IMG/VR virus record: IMGVR_UViG_3300009314_000003
Location: 1-64,000 of that record
Length of the DNA stretch: 64,000 nt
Origin: a virus
Reading direction: 5' to 3' (one strand)
The notes beneath the pieces are model-generated. The model had not been told where the DNA came from. It was given only the letters and a program-made list of their open reading frames with translations, and did no database searches. Shown piece after piece: positions 60,001 to 64,000 of the stretch. Position 1 is the stretch's first letter; each line of letters opens with the position of its first letter. The translations under genes and the position numbers were made by a program.

Positions 60001-60206
60001 GTTATCTATCCGATCAAGGACATACTATTCGAGAAAAGGAATTCATTTCCCTTCTAAACGCACGGCTACCTCAGAAAGAGGTAGAAGAGATAGTCCATTC
60101 TCTTGAACAAGAGAAGCAGCAAGTAACATGGTGGAAACCAGTTGAATCCGACGCGGACAAACTAGATATCGATGATATTTCAGGTACGATAGTTGGATTA
60201 CAATAG
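54031..60206 (+). CDS. tail tube-type structural protein, 206 aa, split into 8 exons by 7 group I introns
   Basis: join(54031-54192,55308-55337,55549-55567,57338-57540,57873-57949,58851-58870,59098-59117,60117-60206) gives a 621-nt open frame. It aligns motif by motif with the paralogue at 60247 (TFSG.DI, RE..PV, RGIAGS/RTIAGS, DQ.PPF, VNE.G, EG, FVA/YVA). It follows the sheath gene and has an AAGGAG RBS. Confidence 0.88.
54193..55307 (+). mobile_element. group I intron 1 (HEG in P8)
   Basis: P1 GGGU|AAAU...AUUUGCCC with U-G; P3 UCCUGC/GCAGGA; P7 GACU/AGUC; terminal G; P10 UGAUUU/AAAUCA. Confidence 0.9.
54372..55262 (+). CDS. LAGLIDADG homing endonuclease (intron 1)
   Basis: LLNGSLLGDG and WYYDDG; C-terminal RHFGSFKVALE repeat. 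Confidence 0.88.
   Translation: MNDQTHQLLNGSLLGDGYLSKCQYHTASDGYTRWHNSRYEEDHKEDDKSYLEWKATIMSQDFDVKWVYKEARTLGIKGHEADCGPVYRIYTNTSTELSDLRQIWYPDGQKIIPDYLDDFDSSTLTSWYYDDGTYHVHRQIIEISTDSFTLEDVKRLQGWLRDRWNIEAAIKRKPGHAIRRYYLHLNREASKRLLSLVEDVPSMERKKPMGWDGVFDRSETPSNFHRRLNARLSSGEKRKLIVLDLQEFYEQTGPWDGFPAVKYHYTEDCISPTLAIRHFGSFKVALESARLPTNYI
55338..55548 (+). mobile_element. group I intron 2 (ORF-less, 211 nt)
   Basis: P1 AAGGGU|AAA...UUUGCCCUU; P3 GCUAGC pair; GAGACUG/CAGUCC; terminal G. Confidence 0.88.
55674..56372 (+). CDS. LAGLIDADG homing endonuclease (intron 3, P6)
   Basis: LYGTLLGDG and WFMDDG. Confidence 0.88.
   Translation: MSSGKWKKYRSCPITRDGVRVLYGTLLGDGSLFKDPECVNYRFSVTHSNRHSDYIQWKQSILGLPSSIWNDEKRNLVKLQSLACTELTSIHTSFYNGAVKRIPRDIDLTELLSPLSIATWFMDDGSYDVEEAVVISAYAFCEEDMLRVAKYMDHVYGIKINVWSDNRVYIRKESHDRFFSIITHYVSEVPSMHYKVRTWIKPGVSQVKLLGYDEPCRDYPTAVGSWDGFIRP
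56398..57309 (+). CDS. LAGLIDADG homing endonuclease with N-terminal Myb-like helix domain (intron 3, P8)
   Basis: WTQEETEIL, YILGFFTADG, HFLRGYFDGDG. Confidence 0.88.
   Translation: MNWTQEETEILRDNYSWNPRTAMLLPNRSAHQVIKKANNIGLKRDGRGRIDTLRADYFDHWTPNMTYILGFFTADGNIYAPPTRVDGVSVYKITFAQSDPYILELVCDELGISRGYIYGQQGLNALPQGGYLNMIHPMYRVMFTSKYMVERLKELGLSERKSTQLKKVSVPKKFFAHFLRGYFDGDGCLQISNNTTPSITFTGGSRQFLKSIEARISRYWDLPGGRLRPRKRNKVWDLRYRKATSLEILKRMYEGHPDILCLLTKYNKYAGVIGDDVIDIPEVSYNYRVYDTGTQVQEDIVQE
57541..57872 (+). mobile_element. group I intron 4 (ORF-less, 332 nt, extended P1)
   Basis: CGGU/GCCG with an AAUAAGAGAU/AUCUCUUAUU extension; GAAUUCAGUGGA, CACUGAGCCAAG, CGACUA/AUAGUC; terminal G. Confidence 0.88.
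57950..58850 (+). mobile_element. group I intron 5 (HEG in P7.1)
   Basis: P1 CGGU|UGA...UCAGCCG; P3 CUGGGUG/CGCCCAG; GAGACUA/AUAGUC; P10 AUCA/UGAU; terminal G. Confidence 0.9.
58128..58853 (+). CDS. LAGLIDADG homing endonuclease (intron 5)
   Basis: LLGMCIGDG and WHMDDG; its stop codon lies in exon 6. Confidence 0.88.
   Translation: MNKDKRSILLGMCIGDGYIGVSTDKRWNTKSYVLRLCHSVKQKAYLEHKTELLHSALGGKKPRIVEYNNNGYPGVKCSKTNKYFKVLRDWLYKDGEKVVTRRILDMLTPQGIAIWHMDDGSLYTKRRNGKVHAWELCTSTYVSWDENQVIVDYFRDVHGIRFTIVKGKGKYRIRCGTKEAKKFIEIVKPFIIPSMLYKVRMISDNNDSSQERPAPHVGDDIVRTPMKVGEIRFKRPYDNKS
58871..59097 (+). mobile_element. group I intron 6 (ORF-less, 227 nt, atypical 5' junction)
   Basis: P1 AGAGGC/GCCUCU; P3 CCAGGC/GCCUGG; GAGACU/AUAGUC; P9 like intron 1. 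The junction is ambiguous by about 1 nt. Confidence 0.8.
59118..60116 (+). mobile_element. group I intron 7 (HEG between P7 and P3')
   Basis: P1 UGUGGCU/GGUCACA; P3 CCGUGC/GCACGG; P8 CUACCUC/GAGGUAG; P10 GCUG/CAGC; terminal G. Confidence 0.9.
59244..60206 (+). CDS. LAGLIDADG homing endonuclease (intron 7), in frame with the last tube exon
   Basis: WTNKEVEIL, YVYGLIVADG, HFLRGYFDGDG; the last 29 aa are exon 8. Confidence 0.88.
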   Translation: MKLWTNKEVEILHENYSWNPRIDELLPDRPRRQIVSKANREGLKVMGRGRAWGLKVDFFDHWSEEMAYVYGLIVADGCIMKRKDSGIMVIDITLNDEDHIRRLANLLGVPERVYSNSDGTYHLRFVSNYIAKRLMKLKVPFRKSLVLGKLPVPKKFFSHFLRGYFDGDGSFSINAKGRAPMLSFTSGSYNFLRWIQAKLKRYYGFPMGRLRNKKGTNTWNVWYRKSASIFLMAIMYRDKGDLFLRRKYNRYISYLSDQGHTIREKEFISLLNARLPQKEVEEIVHSLEQEKQQVTWWKPVESDADKLDIDDISGTIVGLQ

Positions 60207-60246
60207 AAAGTCAGTAGACAAGCGTGTATGGACAATATAAATAAAG

Positions 60247-61155
60247 ATGCCTTACGGACCATTTCAGTTTGGTAGTTTAGAATCGGGGCAAACCTTCTCC
60301 GGGGTAGATATTATTGCTACCCTACGGGGACCAGATATACCCGGAGCTATTGCTATGACAAACCTAAACACCGTAAGTTACTCTATACACAGGGAGAAGG
60401 CACCCGTCCGTCGACTCGGGCGGGTGTACTCCCAAGGCTACACCAGAGGCCCCCGCACAATCGCCGGCAGTATGGTGTGGATAAACTTTAATAAGGCAGC
60501 TCTCTGGGAACTAATTAGAACGGCCCCTGGCGAGGAATCGCCTGTTCACTCCATCATGACAGATCAGCTCCCCCCTTTCCATATGGGCTTTACCTTTGTC
60601 AATGAGAATGGGCTGTCAGCCTTTATGAATCTCTTTGGCATTGAGATTGTGGACGAGGGAATGGTGCTGGGTACGGATGAGGCTTACCTAGAAACGACCA
60701 TGCAATATGTAGCAGAGGATATTGACCTTATGTACCCAGGAGATGATATTAACGAGAAGTGGGATGAGCTTATGCGGCAAGGTATAGACAAACAACACCA
60801 TGAAATCTTTAATAGTAAAGAGGAAGCCAACCAGTTTGCTGCTGAGTTAAGGGGTAAAGGAATAAGAATAAATGTTGGGAAAATAATGAGTGGAGAAGAT
60901 AAGGATAAGTGGAAGGTGTACTTTTCCTTAACAACAGGTGAAGAGATGTTCAACGTCTTAGGTCCATCAAATAAAGACTTTGTTCGTATGATGAAGGCAG
61001 CAGGTCTACTTGATTTTGATCCTTGGGGAGAGAGTCTTGATAAGAAGGATCTTGTATACTATGACGCCCATGGAAATCCACACTACGATACAACCCATAC
61101 ATATCAACACTATACACCACCACCACCTGAACCTGAAAATGGAGATGATGGTTAA
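60247..61155 (+). CDS. tail tube-like virion protein (paralogue 2)
   Basis: TFSGVDI, REKAPV, RTIAGS, DQLPPF, VNENG; intron-free homologue of the split gene. Confidence 0.8.
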   Translation: MPYGPFQFGSLESGQTFSGVDIIATLRGPDIPGAIAMTNLNTVSYSIHREKAPVRRLGRVYSQGYTRGPRTIAGSMVWINFNKAALWELIRTAPGEESPVHSIMTDQLPPFHMGFTFVNENGLSAFMNLFGIEIVDEGMVLGTDEAYLETTMQYVAEDIDLMYPGDDINEKWDELMRQGIDKQHHEIFNSKEEANQFAAELRGKGIRINVGKIMSGEDKDKWKVYFSLTTGEEMFNVLGPSNKDFVRMMKAAGLLDFDPWGESLDKKDLVYYDAHGNPHYDTTHTYQHYTPPPPEPENGDDG

Positions 61156-62258
61156 TGTACTATAGCGGAACACAAGCTACAGCTTGGGTGGCCAGTAAAA
61201 AAGGTAGCCGGCGGCTTACATTATTTGAATTAGATGTAGCCTCCTTCCAATTCAATGCCTCTGTAGTTAAGATGCCACTCTATGGCTACCGCTCCAAGAC
61301 TTTTGATGCCGTAGCTGTTGGTGAAAAGCTGATTCAAGGCCAGATGATGATTAACTTTAAGGAAGCAGATCAACTGGAGCTTCTTGAGGAGGAGATAACG
61401 TTTGAACTTACCCTCGAATATCAGCGTGGGCTGGGCTCGGACTTCACCCAATATATCTTTGAGGATGTACACTTCTCCACCCTCTCCCATGGGGCCACAC
61501 CAACCGGGAATCCAATTATAGAGGCCGTTGACTTCATAGCTAAAGACTTCCGGGCCAAGACTACTGCGCGTCCACCTATTGCTATTCCTGAGGATGAAAC
61601 GAGCGTGGGAGAAGATTCTTTAGGTGGTGTTCCACCCCCGGAAGATATACCTTTAGATGTATTTGTAGATAAAATTAAAGCAGAAGCCTACCAACTTATT
61701 GTAGGTTCTATATCAACCCACGATCGGTTTTACATACCCTATAGTAGTATAACACGCAACTCACCTTTACTTACTAGTTATATAACTGACTATACAGTGA
61801 AGGCTGGAGATTTGGTATGTTGTCGGCCTTCATGTGGGGTTGAGACAAGAGGAGGCGATTTCCGGATAACGGTGGGCTCTAGGGTGAAGCCCCGCTGGGC
61901 TTTTCAAATTAAACAGGCTGTAGAGGCATCCATTTCGCCGGAGGGGACTTCCTCCTACATTGGCCCATTTAGTAGTAAAGAGGCCGCCGAAAGTTTCTAT
62001 GAATTCTATCCTATCTTTGGAAATGGTATGTGGATATGGGGTACTCGGGATGGTCCGATGGTGATCATAAAGGGAAATACTAGATTCCCTGATTTTGTTG
62101 TGTTTAAAGATTCGCAGGAGGAATCATTGGGGGTCATAAGTAATCAGCTGGGGGAGATTATGTATATAAACTCCGATGATATAGACGACTTACTCCATAA
62201 TAGGACGACTAAAGTAGAAATACTTAATCACTTATTTGCCCACCTTGTCCAATCATAG
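61155..62258 (+). CDS. tail tube-like virion protein (paralogue 3)
   Basis: YYSG, PLYGY.S..FDAVA.G...IQG...INF, FIAKD. Confidence 0.7.
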   Translation: MYYSGTQATAWVASKKGSRRLTLFELDVASFQFNASVVKMPLYGYRSKTFDAVAVGEKLIQGQMMINFKEADQLELLEEEITFELTLEYQRGLGSDFTQYIFEDVHFSTLSHGATPTGNPIIEAVDFIAKDFRAKTTARPPIAIPEDETSVGEDSLGGVPPPEDIPLDVFVDKIKAEAYQLIVGSISTHDRFYIPYSSITRNSPLLTSYITDYTVKAGDLVCCRPSCGVETRGGDFRITVGSRVKPRWAFQIKQAVEASISPEGTSSYIGPFSSKEAAESFYEFYPIFGNGMWIWGTRDGPMVIIKGNTRFPDFVVFKDSQEESLGVISNQLGEIMYINSDDIDDLLHNRTTKVEILNHLFAHLVQS

Positions 62259-62261
62259 CCG

Positions 62262-62271
62262 GACATAACTA
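62262..62271 (+). promoter_or_regulatory. candidate late promoter motif GACATAACTA
   Basis: Intergenic, upstream of the chaperone genes. Confidence 0.45.
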
Positions 62272-62324
62272 AACTACAAACAGAATTAAACTCATAACAT
62301 ACATATATGGAGGATAAACCATAA

Positions 62325-62747
62325 ATGATTGAAGAACAACAACAGCAAGAAGAAGAAGTAACGGAAGAAGTAATGCTCCCAGAGGAAGTAATATCCCCCG
62401 AGGATTTATTTGAGGGAGATGATTCCTATCCTTACGGTCCTAAGGGGCCCAGCCGAGCTGAAATAAATACCCTCAAGGAGAAATATGGTGATCTACAACT
62501 AACTGAAGTTGCTGGCAATATCTATATCTACCGCCTTATGCTCAGGGGTGAGCATATGAAGCTGGTGGAGAGCGGCGCCCTGGAGGGCGATGATTCAGAG
62601 ATGATTACCGTGGAAACTCTCCTTGTCTGGCCTAATCCTAAGGAGATCGACTGGGATGCTGTAGGGGCCGGAGTGGTACCCACCCTATCAACAGATATGC
62701 TTCAGTTCTCGGGCTTCATTCGCTTAACCCAACCCATCAAGCTATAA
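62325..62747 (+). CDS. probable tail assembly chaperone
   Basis: I..LK.KYG...YIYR.L, LVWP, AG...TL...I/M...SGF. Confidence 0.65.
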   Translation: MIEEQQQQEEEVTEEVMLPEEVISPEDLFEGDDSYPYGPKGPSRAEINTLKEKYGDLQLTEVAGNIYIYRLMLRGEHMKLVESGALEGDDSEMITVETLLVWPNPKEIDWDAVGAGVVPTLSTDMLQFSGFIRLTQPIKL

Positions 62748-62886
62748 CCTCCCCACACCCATAACGGGCCGCTGTTTTGGCCTGTAGGATGGTTTCATGC
62801 CATCACTAATCTGTGAGCAGACACCTCGAAATAGAATGACTCATAGGAGGTGGTGAGGTACGCCTTTAATGGAGTAATACTTACAC

Positions 62887-63486
62887 ATGTCTTATAAGGA
62901 AATAACCAGTTGGAAGCAACGTTGGGGCACCATCCATCAGATTGTTCTGGAGGGTATTACCTGCTACTATCGCAGTCTTACGGCGTGGGAGTTTACAGCC
63001 CTCAAGGAATTGATGGACCACAATCCCAGTGTCGACTGGGATAGTGTTATATGTTCGATGGGCCTGTTAGGATCCGATGTTTCACAATTCAAACTGGCTG
63101 GTACAACAACAACTATGTCCTCCCTTATACTTGAAGCCTCCATCTTTACTGAAGAGACCATAGGGCCTAGCGTGATAGAGGCTAGGGAGTGGGCCGCAAA
63201 GGTAGTGGAAGACAATTTCCTCATAGGTCTGGCCCTTGCCATCGGCAGTATATATCCAGGCTCTGATATTATATCCCTACTTAATGAGCCGGCTGAGAGA
63301 CTTATTAAACTTGGTGCCCTCGTAGAGCAAATCACTAAGCAACCCATCTTTAAGGATTCCAGTGGTCTTAAGGCTATGCCTCTAACAAAGACTGGAGAGA
63401 TGGCAGCACAAAATAAGGGTAAGCAAATAGCGGAGTCAACGCGTGCCCTAAGAGAGGAGATATCAAAGCAGCGTAAGAAGAAATAA
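62887..63486 (+). CDS. probable tail assembly chaperone (paralogue)
   Basis: I..WKQRWG...YYRSL...AGT...I...S; similar to 62325. Confidence 0.6.
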   Translation: MSYKEITSWKQRWGTIHQIVLEGITCYYRSLTAWEFTALKELMDHNPSVDWDSVICSMGLLGSDVSQFKLAGTTTTMSSLILEASIFTEETIGPSVIEAREWAAKVVEDNFLIGLALAIGSIYPGSDIISLLNEPAERLIKLGALVEQITKQPIFKDSSGLKAMPLTKTGEMAAQNKGKQIAESTRALREEISKQRKKK

Positions 63487-63490
63487 TCTA

Positions 63491-64000
63491 ATGCCGGATC
63501 AGAGAGAGACATTCGAAGAACTACAGCCACAGGAAGGTGGTGGGGCGCTGAAACAGCTTGCTGGTTTAGGCCTTGCCCTTGTAGGCTGGGGTATAGGCCT
63601 CACCCTGGCCAGATTCGGATTTACGGCCGGTAAAGCAGCTGCCTTGAAACGGCTGGCTGGTATAAAGAAACCAGCCACAGAGGTTCTTAAGCGCTATAAG
63701 ACAGCAGCTATTTACGCACAGGACAAGGGAGGTAGCTTCTCCCATTTTGCCTCCAAGGCAGGTATGCCTGGTGGTAAAGCATTAGCGGACATACGTTATG
63801 CGGCTGAGGAATCTCCTATAATCAAATCCTTTAGGACCTCAACTAAGAATAAGAGTATACTACAGAAGGTTGGAACCTACCGTAGTTTCCCCAGGGGTCA
63901 GAGAATAGAACTTGGACGGGGCCTTGCTGCTCACTACGGGCGGGAAATGGCTTTTGTGGCCCCTACCTTCTATGTTGGGGAGCAGATGCTCGGACGTTTG
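63491..64000 (+). CDS. start of a large Gly/Ala-rich protein (possible tape measure), partial
   Basis: MPDQRETFEELQPQEGGGALKQLAGLGLALVG... is open to the window end and follows the chaperones. Confidence 0.5.
   Translation, partial: MPDQRETFEELQPQEGGGALKQLAGLGLALVGWGIGLTLARFGFTAGKAAALKRLAGIKKPATEVLKRYKTAAIYAQDKGGSFSHFASKAGMPGGKALADIRYAAEESPIIKSFRTSTKNKSILQKVGTYRSFPRGQRIELGRGLAAHYGREMAFVAPTFYVGEQMLGRL

Noticed and set aside
62325-63486. Programmed frameshift linking the tail chaperones
   Set aside because: The two ORFs are separated by about 140 bp, each has its own start, and no clear slippery site was seen.
1-64000. Stop-codon reassignment as an explanation for gene fragmentation
   Set aside because: Long genes are intact in code 11 and TAG, TGA and TAA all terminate genes; the fragmentation at 54-60 kb is explained by introns.

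Overview
This window is part of a large tailed (contractile-tail, myovirus-like) bacteriophage genome read in the standard bacterial code. The left arm (1-13.0 kb) is on the minus strand and holds small early-type hypothetical genes, a peptide deformylase with a SEC-C tail, and a 1041-aa probable single-subunit two-barrel (YonO/RdRP-like) RNA polymerase. After a divergent repeat-rich gap and a tRNA-Thr(UGU), the plus strand carries nucleases and phosphoesterases, a ClpP-like protease, and a glycan-modification cluster (glycosyltransferases, methyltransferase, sulfotransferase, gmd). It then carries a ribosomal protein bS21 gene missed by the ORF track, a decayed intein-like ORF, and the morphogenesis block: terminase with mini-intein, portal, prohead protease, scaffold, decoration protein, major capsid, neck, sheath, tube paralogues and chaperones. 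The standout feature is at 54031-60206. A 206-aa tail-tube-type gene there is split into 8 exons (four only 19-30 nt long) by seven group I introns carrying five LAGLIDADG endonucleases. One intron has two endonucleases, one endonuclease is fused in frame to the last exon, one intron has a non-canonical splice junction, and endonuclease-bearing and ORF-less introns strictly alternate. All calls come from manual motif reading; no database searches were run.
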